This document shows positions 1 to 10,228 of a stretch of DNA of 64,000 bases, one piece after another. The stretch comes from Patescibacteria group bacterium. GTDB taxonomy: Bacteria; Patescibacteriota; Minisyncoccia; Phycocordibacterales; JAKFXT01. Position 1 is the first letter of the stretch. Every line of letters begins with the position of its first letter. The position numbers were made by a program, and so were the translations under genes. The stretch covers positions 14,889-78,888 of the forward strand of contig JAKFXT010000015.1 in assembly GCA_021731245.1 (NCBI GenBank), in the 5' to 3' direction. The notes under the pieces are model-generated. The model saw only the letters and a list, made by a program, of their open reading frames with translations, made no database searches and was not told where the DNA came from.

Positions 1-1
1 C

Positions 2-850
2 TATTTATTTTTAAGTCAAAAAGAAGATAGAGAAAAATATTTTTTTGGTTTAGCGCTTCTCCTCACTCCTTTTTTGACTTTGAATCAACAGATTCTCACG
101 GGCAAAGTTATGCAACCAGCGCATTACCATTGGTATTTTCACAGGACAATTGCTGTAATCTTGGTTTTAGCGACAATTTTTTATCTTTTCAATCGATATG
201 GTTTACATTTATATAAAAAAATATTAGCAGTTCTTATTATTGTTATTAGTATGTCTATTGGCTCATTTGTCCAAATGACTTCTTACTATCAAGACCAAGG
301 AGATGGACTTTATGGGGCTCTTAAAGAACAGAAGTATTCCCCAGTTATGAGTTGGTTAAACGAAAATGCAGAGAAAGAATCTGTTGTTTTAGGCACAGAT
401 GTTCCCTCGTTACTTACAACGATTTATACTCCACTTAATGTTTTTTATCACAGGGGGGGAATGCTGACTCTTCCTGCTACAAAAGAGAGGCTTATGGAAG
501 TAATGTTTACTTTTTATAGACTAAAAGGTGTTACAGGTGAAGTTGCTCGCGAAGCTTTTTTTAAGGATAGAGGAAATATTTCCTTAAATTTATACGCAAT
601 ACACTATCGTGATCTGATCGGATCTTATGAGGATATTCCGGATCAAGAAATCGAAGATTTCACTAAGGCCTATAAAGACACTCTTTCTATTTCTACTACA
701 GAGTGGCTGAAAAAAATGTTTATAAAATATGAAGTTGAATACATAATTTGGGACAAGATAGAAGATCCTTCTTGGGAGCTTGATAAGTATTCTTTTCTAA
801 AAAAGGAAGTCGATTTTGAAGGGGTTTCAATATATACATTTAATCCATGA
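2..850 (+). CDS. hypothetical integral membrane protein, 5'-truncated by the window edge (frame is open back to position 2). Possibly the C-terminal part of a GT-C-type membrane glycosyltransferase.
   Basis: The ORF track lists 74..850 from a TTG, but the reading frame has no stop back to nt 2. The product has hydrophobic TM-like segments followed by a soluble C-terminal domain. It is 4-nt coupled to the downstream GT4 gene. Confidence 0.45.
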   Translation, partial: YLFLSQKEDREKYFFGLALLLTPFLTLNQQILTGKVMQPAHYHWYFHRTIAVILVLATIFYLFNRYGLHLYKKILAVLIIVISMSIGSFVQMTSYYQDQGDGLYGALKEQKYSPVMSWLNENAEKESVVLGTDVPSLLTTIYTPLNVFYHRGGMLTLPATKERLMEVMFTFYRLKGVTGEVAREAFFKDRGNISLNLYAIHYRDLIGSYEDIPDQEIEDFTKAYKDTLSISTTEWLKKMFIKYEVEYIIWDKIEDPSWELDKYSFLKKEVDFEGVSIYTFNP

Positions 851-2091
851 AGGTAGTTTTTTTACAAGATGATTTTCCTCCAGAAAGTTTTGGAGGAGCT
901 GGTATTTCTACTTTTGAAATTGCTTTGCAGATGAAGAAGTGTGGCCATGAAGTTTCTGTCATTACTACTTGCAGAAAAAAGGATGATGTTGGAGAAGGGG
1001 AGTACGAAGGATTAAAAGTTTTTAAGATACATAGTAATTATCATGAGAGATGGCGTGCCTATAAAAGTCTATATAATAGAAAAGTTGTAAAAGGACTAGA
1101 AAAGAAACTAGAAGAAATAAAACCTGACTTAGTTCACGTTAATAATGTTCATTTTCATCTCTCCTACCATTCTATAAAAGTGGCTAAAAAATATGCGAGT
1201 GTAGTTATTTTTACTGCACGTGATGTAATGTCTTTCAACTATGGAGGACTAAAGACAAGACGTTTCTTGGAACATTTTGATTATAAAACTACCTGGATAG
1301 ACCATTTACGACAAGCGGGGAAGAGGTGGAATCCTTTGCGTAATATTATAATTAAAAATTATTTAAAATATGCCGATAAAATTCTTGCTGTTAGCGATGC
1401 TTTAAAAGAAGCTCTTAATAAAAATGGTATTAATAATGTGGAGGTGTTGCGCACAGGCATTGATGTAAGTAGGTGGACCTTGGATGAAGAAAAGATAATA
1501 AAGTTCCGCAAAAAATATAATTTAGAAAATAAGAAGATAGTTTTTTTTGGTGGTCGTCTAAGCGAGGCCAAGGGAGGGGGGAAAATAATTCAGACAATTG
1601 CTAGAGTTTCTGAAAAAGTTCCAAACACTGTTCTTTTGGTGGCAGGTAAGACTGATTCTTATGTAGATAAAATGAAACACAGTGGTGACAAGTTGTCTTT
1701 GCAAGATAGGATTGTTTTTACAGGATGGATTTCTGGGGATGAACTTAAGGCCGCCTATCACGCAAGTGATGTTGTGTGCGTACCAACTCTTTATTTCGAT
1801 TCTTTACCAAGAACAGTTATTGAAGGTATGGCAGTAGGTAAGCCTGTTATTGGCACTTGCTTTGGCGGTGCAAAAGAAGCCATTGAGGACTCTGTTACTG
1901 GTCATGTAATTAACCCTTTCAATGTTCAGGATTTGGCGGAGCGTATAGAAGAAATTCTCTTGGATGAAGAAAAGGCAAAACGTCTTGGAGAGGCTGGCCT
2001 AGAGAGAGTGAAAACTAAATTTAATATCGATGATAAGGTGAATCAGGCGATTTCTTTATATAAAGAGTTAAGCGCTCAAAAAAACCGATAG
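847..2091 (+). CDS. glycosyltransferase, GT-B fold (family 4-like)
   Basis: C-terminal motif EGMAVGKPVIGTCFGGAKEAIEDSVTGHVINP with an E-x7-E-like donor-binding region typical of GT1/GT4. The N-terminal part has a glycine-rich GGAGIST motif. Confidence 0.8.
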   Translation: MKVVFLQDDFPPESFGGAGISTFEIALQMKKCGHEVSVITTCRKKDDVGEGEYEGLKVFKIHSNYHERWRAYKSLYNRKVVKGLEKKLEEIKPDLVHVNNVHFHLSYHSIKVAKKYASVVIFTARDVMSFNYGGLKTRRFLEHFDYKTTWIDHLRQAGKRWNPLRNIIIKNYLKYADKILAVSDALKEALNKNGINNVEVLRTGIDVSRWTLDEEKIIKFRKKYNLENKKIVFFGGRLSEAKGGGKIIQTIARVSEKVPNTVLLVAGKTDSYVDKMKHSGDKLSLQDRIVFTGWISGDELKAAYHASDVVCVPTLYFDSLPRTVIEGMAVGKPVIGTCFGGAKEAIEDSVTGHVINPFNVQDLAERIEEILLDEEKAKRLGEAGLERVKTKFNIDDKVNQAISLYKELSAQKNR

Positions 2092-3234
2092 AGTTTCTTC
2101 GGTGGCTTTTTTCCAAGAAAATATTTTGGCACGCTCGTATCCTTTTTGAATTAAATTTTTGCGTAAATTATTATCTGTCAAAACTTTCTCTATTTCTTTT
2201 GCAAGATTTTCTGCATTATTTGTTTCAAATAAAATTCCAGCATCACCAACGACTTCCGCTATACTCGTGTTATTGGCAGCAATTACCGGCAGTCCATTTT
2301 GGAAGGCTTCTATTATGGGAAGGCCAAAACCTTCAAAGTTAGATGGAAAAACTAATGCCTTTGCTTGTTTATAAAGTGAAGAAAGATCTTTATCTCTTAC
2401 ATACCCTAAAAATAACACTCGATCTTTTAAATTTTCTGACTCCGCAATCAATTCTAAATCTTTTTTAAATAACCCACCCTTACTCATGCCTGTGAACACT
2501 AAACATAATTGAGGAAAACGATTTTTTAGAATTCCCAATGCTCCAATAAGGATTTTGTGATTTTTATGTGGCCACAGGGCAGCCGGATACAATAGAAAAT
2601 CTTTGGGGGCGGGGAAAGGGGTTGGCTCGGAATCTATTTTTTGTGGACCAAAATAAATCACTTTTATTTTTTCTGGAGAAATTTTATATTTATCCTCGAG
2701 ACTTTTTTTAGTATAGTTTGATATTGCTATTAAACGACTTGAGTTTTTAGTTGCGTATAAACAGTCACTCCTTCTTTTTTCAAGGTATTTAGGTAAAAAA
2801 TTCTCTGGGAAGTATTCAAATTGAAGATCTAGTATAGTTGTTACGAACTTAATATTTTCAAGCCCTTGAGGGTATATTGTTTGGGCAGGTGAAAAATAAA
2901 TACTCACATTATTTTTCTGTAAGTAATCAGCAACTTCTTCCTTGATAATACCTTCGCGAAGAGAATAATTGCGTCTTATTTTTGCCCATAATTTTCTCGT
3001 AGCTCTAAAAGGACTTAAGAAAAAATCACGTTTTATGCTGACTGAATAGAATTTAATATTTGGGAGGTTGCCATATAAAGATTTAAAGTAACCAATACTT
3101 TCCGGTTCTCCTATAAGGTAATAGGAATTATTTTTATCAATTTCAAAAAGAGAGGGGAGAATATTTTGAATGTAGACAAAGGCACCAGTAACACTTTTGG
3201 GAGAAGTCAGAAAAAGATTTACAGCTATTTTCAT
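2068..3234 (-). CDS. glycosyltransferase, GT-B fold (family 4-like)
   Basis: Motif FPSNFEGFGLPIIEAFQNGLPVIAANNTSIAEVVGD is the classic GT4 EX7E region. Confidence 0.8.
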   Translation of the reverse strand: MKIAVNLFLTSPKSVTGAFVYIQNILPSLFEIDKNNSYYLIGEPESIGYFKSLYGNLPNIKFYSVSIKRDFFLSPFRATRKLWAKIRRNYSLREGIIKEEVADYLQKNNVSIYFSPAQTIYPQGLENIKFVTTILDLQFEYFPENFLPKYLEKRRSDCLYATKNSSRLIAISNYTKKSLEDKYKISPEKIKVIYFGPQKIDSEPTPFPAPKDFLLYPAALWPHKNHKILIGALGILKNRFPQLCLVFTGMSKGGLFKKDLELIAESENLKDRVLFLGYVRDKDLSSLYKQAKALVFPSNFEGFGLPIIEAFQNGLPVIAANNTSIAEVVGDAGILFETNNAENLAKEIEKVLTDNNLRKNLIQKGYERAKIFSWKKATEETLSVFLSA

Positions 3235-3962
3235 TATTTTTTATAACCAATGGCTATAATATTTCCAGAAAACATTAAGGGGTATTCTGAGCCAAGGAGT
3301 TTTGCTAATATTTTTTGTCCCAACTTGATAAAAGGGTTTCGTCTCATAGGTTGATACATTATTTTTATATTTCCGAATCCAGCAATACTCAATATCTGAA
3401 TTAGGAGTTTTCGGCTGAAAGCAAATTCATGAGTCAAATCAGAAAAGAGGGTTTTGACGCCAAGTGGACTATCAGCATTTGGAACTTCAATTATAAAAAA
3501 GCCACCAGATTTTACTTTTTTATTTATAAGATTTATAAGGTACTGCACCTTATCTTTTTTAATATGCTCGACAATGTTGAAAGCGGTAATAATATCAAAA
3601 TGATTGTCGTTTTTTGATTCTAGGAAATTGAACACATCTCCTTGAATAATGTTTTTTAAATCAAGTTCTTTGTTTGCATAGTTAACGAATTTATCAATTT
3701 GCTCTACGCCTTCATAATTTACATAGCCTAATTTTTTGCAAGTATCTAAGAAAAGTCCATAACCACATGCCAAATCAACTATTTTTATAGACCTGTCTTT
3801 AGGGAAAAAGGGGTCAATAAATCTCGTTTTATATTCAATGAATCTCCTTTTTTTTAATGCCTCATCAGGTTGGGAATAGAATTCTTCCACCCCATTAGAA
3901 AGTTTTACTGATGATGTTTTATCATCTTTTGATTTATTCTCTTCGTCTTCAATTATTATCAT
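3234..3962 (-). CDS. class I SAM-dependent methyltransferase
   Basis: Motif I VDLACGYGLF is present. Acidic/hydrophobic motifs II/III (DIITAFNIVEHI) fit the Methyltransf_11/12-type fold. Confidence 0.8.
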   Translation of the reverse strand: MIIIEDEENKSKDDKTSSVKLSNGVEEFYSQPDEALKKRRFIEYKTRFIDPFFPKDRSIKIVDLACGYGLFLDTCKKLGYVNYEGVEQIDKFVNYANKELDLKNIIQGDVFNFLESKNDNHFDIITAFNIVEHIKKDKVQYLINLINKKVKSGGFFIIEVPNADSPLGVKTLFSDLTHEFAFSRKLLIQILSIAGFGNIKIMYQPMRRNPFIKLGQKILAKLLGSEYPLMFSGNIIAIGYKK

Positions 3963-4015
3963 ATTTTTAAGTTTTGATGACTTTCTAACGGGACAAGTAA
4001 TTTTTCTAGTATGGG

Positions 4016-4876
4016 TTATTTAGTAATTAGAATGCAAGCAATGGCGGAGGCAGCAGCCGGCAAACTCGAGTCTTTTTTTGCCCGATCAGAAGTTATATAT
4101 TCAGCAGTAGAAGATGGTTCCTCGGCACATATTTGCCAGCCATTATTAGTATACTTATAAAATGTAATTTGGCATTTGTCGGTACCAAAAGTAGATATTA
4201 TTTTATTTATCATACTTTTATCAAACTGTTGGAAAAAACCGAAATTGTGATATTTCCCAAAGGGAACAGTTATTAATAGTTTTCCGTTTGGTTTTAACAC
4301 CCTTTTTAATTCATTTATAGCAATAAGATAATCTTCGGTTTTATTTTCTTTATATTTGGAATTGCTGGTATAAATTTCCGTATTATCCATACCAATGTGT
4401 TCAATGGTAGAAATAGAAGTGATTACATCAAAGTAGTCAGAAGTGAATGGAAGATTACGTAAATCATCAAATATATAAGATATACCTAGATGCCAAAAAC
4501 AATTTGCCTCCGGATTTAAAGTAACAATTGTAGTTTTTTTATTCTTTATTTTTTCATGCGAAAGTATCGCTTCGAAGTTTAAAGCTGACCCAGCATCCAA
4601 CAACTTCGCTGGTTCTTTGTTTATGTGAGATAGCATCCAAGGGTATTCAACAACGCGCTCATCTATTCCAATGCCAAAATTTGCCGGTAAGAGATCTTTT
4701 TTTATGAAAAGCTGAATAATTTCGTGGTCATTGATATATTTTTTAATCATTTTCCACTTATATTCAAAATACCCTCGACGCCATGGCTTTTGCCCATGCA
4801 ATTTATAGGAGATAAGGTTCTTTTGGTAAATCAAGTTTTTAGCAAGACGAAGGGATAGGCCGATTAGAGATTTCAT
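4016..4876 (-). CDS. putative SAM-dependent methyltransferase-like protein
   Basis: LLDAGSALNF ... FDVITSISTIEHIG ... LKPNGKLLITVP is a methyltransferase-like motif order. Confidence 0.5.
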   Translation of the reverse strand: MKSLIGLSLRLAKNLIYQKNLISYKLHGQKPWRRGYFEYKWKMIKKYINDHEIIQLFIKKDLLPANFGIGIDERVVEYPWMLSHINKEPAKLLDAGSALNFEAILSHEKIKNKKTTIVTLNPEANCFWHLGISYIFDDLRNLPFTSDYFDVITSISTIEHIGMDNTEIYTSNSKYKENKTEDYLIAINELKRVLKPNGKLLITVPFGKYHNFGFFQQFDKSMINKIISTFGTDKCQITFYKYTNNGWQICAEEPSSTAEYITSDRAKKDSSLPAAASAIACILITK

Positions 4877-4991
4877 ATATGTATTATAATATACAGTGTA
4901 TCTATTATTAACTTTCTAGATTAAGTGACAAAGTGGCCATGTGTATGGTTATATACTAATTATAAGAAAAATTTTTAAATAATTCATAATT

Positions 4992-5945
4992 ATGCGTTGG
5001 AAAGTCCTCATGTCTAGTTCTCATATGCAGTCGCGGCTGAGCCAGTACCGTGATCTTTTGGAGAAAAATAATATAGAAGTTGATATTATTACTCGTCCAC
5101 AGTTCGTACCAGAAATTGATCTGCTCGATATTGTAGAGCCTTACCACGCTATTGTTTGTAGTGATGATGAGATTACTGATCGAGTCTTTACAAAAGCCAA
5201 GAATTTAAAATTAATTTCCAAATGGGGTGTAGGTATAAATAGTATTGATCTTGAGTCATCTAAGCGGCACGGTATCACTGTCTATAATTCACCAGGGGCT
5301 CTTTCAGAAAGTTGCGCAACGATGATTTTTTCTTATATGTTGCATTTTGCCCGCCGAGCAATTGATCAAGACAAATCAATTCGTAATGGTGAATGGAAAC
5401 ATGTACCGGGTATCGCACTTGCTGGTAAAACCATTGGTATTATTGGTGTTGGAGGTAATGGAAAGGCCGTGGCTAAACGAGCTGCCGCTTTTGATATGAA
5501 TATTTTAGGTTGTGACATTAAGGAAATAGACCCTGTTTTTTTACAAACCTACGGTATGTCCATGACTAGTAAAGAGGATCTTTTATCCCAGTCTGATTTT
5601 GTGGTACTAGAGCCAGATTTAAATCCTACAAGCTTCCATTTGATAGGGGCTACTGAACTTTCTCTAATGAAACCAACTGCCTTTCTTTTGAACACTTCTC
5701 GTGGTCCTGTTATTGATGAAAAAGCTTTAGTTAATGCTTTGCAGAATAAAATGATTGCTGGGGCGGGATTAGATGTTTTTGAAATTGAGCCACTACCAGA
5801 AAATAGCCCCTTACGCCAAATGGACAATGTCATTCTTACTCCTCACAACGCTTATAATACAGTCGAAGCAGAAAATTATGTCCATGACAATACAATAAAG
5901 AATTTAATTGAAGGTCTTAAAAAAGTATTGTCCAAACAAAAATGA
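4992..5945 (+). CDS. D-isomer-specific 2-hydroxyacid dehydrogenase (PGDH/glycerate dehydrogenase family)
   Basis: Rossmann motif GKTIGIIGVGGNGKAVAKRA. The catalytic-domain signature LLNTSRGPVIDEKAL and the C-terminal LTPHNAY are also present. Confidence 0.8.
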   Translation: MRWKVLMSSSHMQSRLSQYRDLLEKNNIEVDIITRPQFVPEIDLLDIVEPYHAIVCSDDEITDRVFTKAKNLKLISKWGVGINSIDLESSKRHGITVYNSPGALSESCATMIFSYMLHFARRAIDQDKSIRNGEWKHVPGIALAGKTIGIIGVGGNGKAVAKRAAAFDMNILGCDIKEIDPVFLQTYGMSMTSKEDLLSQSDFVVLEPDLNPTSFHLIGATELSLMKPTAFLLNTSRGPVIDEKALVNALQNKMIAGAGLDVFEIEPLPENSPLRQMDNVILTPHNAYNTVEAENYVHDNTIKNLIEGLKKVLSKQK

Positions 5946-6937
5946 AGGTTGTAAATATAGGATTGAGTACATCCTCATTTGGATACAGTATGGGTAATGC
6001 CGGTAAAAATACAGACAGGAAAAATACAAATCCTTGGACGATTGAGGATTTTGTTGACTTTACCAATCAGAATGGTTTTGGGGGCATTGAAGCACCTCTA
6101 ATGCGTTTTATTCCAAATTTAGAACGGGATCGCCTTAAAAAGTTGCGTGCCAAGCTTTTAGAGCGTGACATGTTTTTCATAATTGATTCTGAAGAAGCCC
6201 TTAATATTGAGCAAATAAAGACTCTCATGCCGATTGCTAAGGAATTCGGATCTCCTATTATTAGAATAAAAAGTAGCAATATTCTTGGTTGCGAGCGTAA
6301 AAAACTTGGTAAGTCCTGGAAAGAACATGTTGAGTCTTGTATATCTACATTGCGTGTCATAGCGCCAGATCTTCGAAGAGATCATTTAAAGATTGCCATT
6401 GAAAATCATCAAGACCTCGATTCAAATGATTTACTACAAATAATTGAGAGTGTGGGCGAAGATGTTGTTGGAGTAAATTTTGATATAGGTAACGCATTGT
6501 CCACCTGCGAAGATCCTTTAGAGTTTGCCAAAAAACTTGGTCCTTTTATTCTAAATATTCATTTAAAAGATTATAAGATTTTTAAGAGTGAAGATGGTTT
6601 TCGTCTTGCCCGTTGTCCATTAGGGGAAGGTTCTGTTGATTTTAAAAATGTACTATCAATTCTTGTTAAAAGTTCTCCGAATGTTAGAATGGTCGTTGAA
6701 CTTGGAGCCCTTGAAGCAAGAAATGTTGGCTGGATGAAGCCAGATTTTTGGCAGGAGATACAATCTCGCACACACTTAGAACTAATTCCCTTTTTTCAAT
6801 TACTCGAAGAGAAAGTAATACGAGATAAAGATCATTCCTGGAAGACACCCTGGGAGATGGGTGCAGAAGGGTCTAATGTGACTTTTTATGAGATCAACGA
6901 GTTGAAAACTAGTGTAAATTATTTATCAAAACTATGA
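5942..6937 (+). CDS. sugar phosphate isomerase/epimerase (xylose-isomerase-like TIM barrel)
   Basis: IAIENHQD ... IHLKDY ... ELGALEA resemble the AP-endonuclease-2/xylose-isomerase-like TIM barrel metal-site pattern. ATGA overlap with the upstream gene. Confidence 0.6.
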   Translation: MKVVNIGLSTSSFGYSMGNAGKNTDRKNTNPWTIEDFVDFTNQNGFGGIEAPLMRFIPNLERDRLKKLRAKLLERDMFFIIDSEEALNIEQIKTLMPIAKEFGSPIIRIKSSNILGCERKKLGKSWKEHVESCISTLRVIAPDLRRDHLKIAIENHQDLDSNDLLQIIESVGEDVVGVNFDIGNALSTCEDPLEFAKKLGPFILNIHLKDYKIFKSEDGFRLARCPLGEGSVDFKNVLSILVKSSPNVRMVVELGALEARNVGWMKPDFWQEIQSRTHLELIPFFQLLEEKVIRDKDHSWKTPWEMGAEGSNVTFYEINELKTSVNYLSKL

Positions 6938-7971
6938 AAGCCCTTGTACGATTTGACCCAAAACCCGAAACCCTAGAATTTCAAGAAGTAGCCAAGCCTT
7001 TGGTGGATGAGACACATGCAATTTTGCGAGTAGAGGCAGTGGGTATATGTGGCCGTGATTTGGAACACTTCCGTGAAGAACTTTCTCCAAATAAAGTCCC
7101 TTTTATTCCGGGCCATGAATTTTCTGGCACTATTATTGAATTACCTTCTGGTGTGGAAAATTTTAAAGTAGGAGACAGGGTTACCGCAGAAACTGTAGAT
7201 TCTGTATGTGGAAAATGTGATGCTTGTAAAAATGAAAATTATAATATATGCAAAAAAAGAAAAAATATTGGAGGGGGAATGAATGGTGCTTATGCTCCTT
7301 TTATAAAAGTGCCGCTCAAATATATTCATAAATTATCCGAAAATATGAGTTTTGAGGAAGGGGCAATGGTTGAACCAGTTTGCGTGACTTATAACGCAGT
7401 TCTTGTTAATAGTGATCCTAAAGAAGGTGAATTAACAGTAATAATTGGTGCTGGAACAGTTGGCCTTCTTTGTCTTCAGATGGCGAAATTACGTGACGCT
7501 AAAGTTGCGCTCATAGGATTGCCACAAGACGCTAGTAGAATGGAAGTTGGTAAAGAATTGGGGGCCGATTATTTAATTGATGCGACTGATGACCCAGTCA
7601 AAAAGATTATGGATATTACAAACCAAAATGGTGCCCCCCTTATCATTGATACTGTTGGTGGTTCGTCCAAAACCATTGATCAAGCTCTCGAAATGGTAAG
7701 TCCAGGCGGTCAAATTACAAAAGTTGGTTGGTTTATGAAAACTACCAACACTTCACTTGATACTTTAATTAGAAAAAATATTCGTCTTCAGGGTAGTTTT
7801 AGTCATACATATGATATGTGGGAAAAATGCATTGATTTGATTTCAAGTGGAAAAATTAATGTAAAAAAAATGATTTCTAAAACCCTTCCTTTAGAAAGAT
7901 GGCGAGAAGGATTTGAATTAGGTTTTAATCGTGAGGCTATTAAAGTTATTCTTAGACCAGGACAGGATTAA
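6934..7971 (+). CDS. zinc-dependent alcohol/polyol dehydrogenase (MDR family; threonine/sorbitol dehydrogenase-like)
   Basis: Catalytic-zinc motif GHEFSGTIIE, the structural-Zn cysteine cluster CGKCDACKNENYNIC, and the Rossmann motif GAGTVGLL are all present. Confidence 0.8.
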   Translation: MKALVRFDPKPETLEFQEVAKPLVDETHAILRVEAVGICGRDLEHFREELSPNKVPFIPGHEFSGTIIELPSGVENFKVGDRVTAETVDSVCGKCDACKNENYNICKKRKNIGGGMNGAYAPFIKVPLKYIHKLSENMSFEEGAMVEPVCVTYNAVLVNSDPKEGELTVIIGAGTVGLLCLQMAKLRDAKVALIGLPQDASRMEVGKELGADYLIDATDDPVKKIMDITNQNGAPLIIDTVGGSSKTIDQALEMVSPGGQITKVGWFMKTTNTSLDTLIRKNIRLQGSFSHTYDMWEKCIDLISSGKINVKKMISKTLPLERWREGFELGFNREAIKVILRPGQD

Positions 7972-7972
7972 T

Positions 7973-8698
7973 ATGAGGCGTTTTATAAAAAGAATTTTAT
8001 ATAAACTAGCCGGGATTAAGGACCAACTATATCCAGTAAGACGAGAACATTTTTTCGATATCTTTTTTTCGATGGTAAATCACAGGGGTTTCTTTTTTGT
8101 CCAAATTGGTGCCTGTGATGGGAAGAGACACGATCCTATTTATCCATATGTAACGAATTATAATTTTGCGGGAATTGCTATCGAACCAATGCCACACGAA
8201 TTCAAGGAGCTTAAAAATAACTACAGAGACAATTCACGTGTTCAGTGTGTTAATGTGGCCATTGGGAAAGAAACCGGATCTTTTCCTTTCTACACTGTAA
8301 TTGATTCATACAAAAAGGATCCGTCATCAATTACCTCCGTCTCATCATTTGATATGGAAACTTTGAAGAAATGTATTATCGGAGACCTAAAAAAGAGAAA
8401 GGTCTACAATGTAAATCCAGACAAATATATTAAGGAAATATTAGTGAAGACTCTCTGCCTTAATGATTTAGTACGTATATATGACATCAAAAATATTGAC
8501 CTACTTCAAATTGACTGTGAGGGGTATGATTATGAAATATTAAAGACATTTGACTTTAGTAAATTTTCACCTAAAATTATTAATTTTGAGAGTGTTCACT
8601 TATCTGAAAGAGACTGGCAGGAATGTGAAAAATTGCTAAAATCAAAAGGATATACTTTTTTTAACAGTGGGAACGATACATGTGCCTATAAGTTATAA
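7973..8698 (+). CDS. FkbM-family methyltransferase
   Basis: FVQIGACDGKRHDP ... IDLLQIDCEGYDYEIL is the Methyltransf_21 (FkbM) signature. The start was chosen at the ATG directly after the upstream stop; the ORF track lists 7931. Confidence 0.7.
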   Translation: MRRFIKRILYKLAGIKDQLYPVRREHFFDIFFSMVNHRGFFFVQIGACDGKRHDPIYPYVTNYNFAGIAIEPMPHEFKELKNNYRDNSRVQCVNVAIGKETGSFPFYTVIDSYKKDPSSITSVSSFDMETLKKCIIGDLKKRKVYNVNPDKYIKEILVKTLCLNDLVRIYDIKNIDLLQIDCEGYDYEILKTFDFSKFSPKIINFESVHLSERDWQECEKLLKSKGYTFFNSGNDTCAYKL

Positions 8699-8704
8699 GA
8701 TAAT

Positions 8705-9457
8705 ATGAAAGAGATGCAAACATTTTTAGGTAAAGTTGCCATCGTTACTGGTGGCGGATCCGGTATTGGCAAGGCCACTGCTAATTTATTTTTTGAACGC
8801 GGCGCATCAGTAGTTGTTGCAGGCCGCGGTGAAAAAATTAAAGCAACAGCCAAGGAGATTGATCCATCAGGCAAACGTGTTTTTGGAGTTGAACTCGATT
8901 TATCAAGAGAAGAAGAAGTTAAAAAAATGGTGGAAGAAACCATTAAGAAATTTGGTCAAGTTGATATTTTGGTCAATACGGCTGGTACTTCATCGGGTGG
9001 CAAAATTGATGAAATCACAGTTGAACAGTGGGATATGATAAATCGGAATAATGGTCTTGCAACATTTCTTTGCTGCAAATATGCGATTGCCGAAATGAAA
9101 AAAAGAAAGTACGGAAAAGTGGTCAATGTTTCTTCTATTGCTGGTCGTTTCCGTGGTATGACCTCTGGCCTCCATTATGCATACGCTAAATCTGGCATCA
9201 TCGGCTTTACTAGACAACTTGGTGCTGAGGTCGCTAAATTCGGCATTAACGTTAATGTTATGGCACCGTCACAAACAATGACCCCAATGCTTCGCGCGCT
9301 AATCAATGACGATATTGAAAAAGAACTTAATGCCAAAATTCCTCTTGGATATATCGCTAAGCCGGAACAACAAGCTGAGGTAATTCTTTTTCTTAGTTCC
9401 GATGCTGCAAGCTATATGGTTGGTGCTACTATTGACGTCAATGGAGGACAATTCTAG
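8705..9457 (+). CDS. SDR-family oxidoreductase
   Basis: TGGGSGIGKA cofactor motif, catalytic YAYAKSG (YxxxK) and NVNVMAPS are present. Confidence 0.85.
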   Translation: MKEMQTFLGKVAIVTGGGSGIGKATANLFFERGASVVVAGRGEKIKATAKEIDPSGKRVFGVELDLSREEEVKKMVEETIKKFGQVDILVNTAGTSSGGKIDEITVEQWDMINRNNGLATFLCCKYAIAEMKKRKYGKVVNVSSIAGRFRGMTSGLHYAYAKSGIIGFTRQLGAEVAKFGINVNVMAPSQTMTPMLRALINDDIEKELNAKIPLGYIAKPEQQAEVILFLSSDAASYMVGATIDVNGGQF

Positions 9458-9478
9458 GATGTACACTTAATTATTAAT

Positions 9479-10228
9479 ATGAAAACAGTTGCCATTATTC
9501 CAGCTCGTATGGGGTCTTCACGCTTTCCTGGCAAGCCTCTCGTCGATATTCTCGGAAAAACTATGATTGAGCATGTTTGGTGTCGTACCAATATGTGTAA
9601 ACTTTTAGATGAGACTTGGGTGGCTACTCCCGATAAGGAAATTTTTGAAGTAGTAGAAAAATTTGGTGGAAAAGCAATTATGACTAGACCCGACCACATT
9701 ATGGCAATGGATCGTTTGGCTGAAGCTAATGAAACTATCAAAGCCGATCTTGTGGTCAATGTTCAGGGAGACGAACCCTTGATTTACCCAGATATGATAG
9801 AAGCCATAACCAAACCAATGCAGGAGGATGATTCTTATGCCTGTGGAACTTTAGTACAAAGAATAACCGATCTTTCCGAGATTGAAGATCGGAATCGTGT
9901 TAAAGTAGTTTGGGATCTTGTGGGTGATGCCTTGTTTTACTCTCGAGAGCCAATTCCTTCAAAGGCAAAAACCAAAATACCATTAGACTACTATAAAATG
10001 GTCTGTGTTTACCCGCTTCGTAAACAAAGTTTGCGTGATTTTAGCGACTGGGGCATGAGCCCACTTGAAAAAATAGAATCAATTGATCTTCTGCGCTTCC
10101 TTGAACACCGAACTAAAGTTAAGGTGGTCGAAACAGCACAAGAAACGTTCAACGTCGATACTCCTGAGGATTTGATTCGGGTGAGGGAAATAATGAAGAA
10201 TGATCCATTATTTAAAACATATAAATGA
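9479..10228 (+). CDS. sugar-acid cytidylyltransferase (KdsB/NeuA family, CMP-sugar synthetase)
   Basis: The N-terminus MKTVAIIPARMGSSRFPGKPL is the hallmark of CMP-Kdo / CMP-NeuAc-type cytidylyltransferases. Confidence 0.75.
   Translation: MKTVAIIPARMGSSRFPGKPLVDILGKTMIEHVWCRTNMCKLLDETWVATPDKEIFEVVEKFGGKAIMTRPDHIMAMDRLAEANETIKADLVVNVQGDEPLIYPDMIEAITKPMQEDDSYACGTLVQRITDLSEIEDRNRVKVVWDLVGDALFYSREPIPSKAKTKIPLDYYKMVCVYPLRKQSLRDFSDWGMSPLEKIESIDLLRFLEHRTKVKVVETAQETFNVDTPEDLIRVREIMKNDPLFKTYK

Noticed and set aside
1359-1761. Small minus-strand ORFs (70 and 67 aa) inside the GT4 gene, and similar 60-140 aa ORFs listed inside secA, the P-type ATPase, tsf, pheS and others
   Set aside because: They are all embedded antisense or out-of-frame within confidently identified genes. 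They have no RBS or start context and odd composition.
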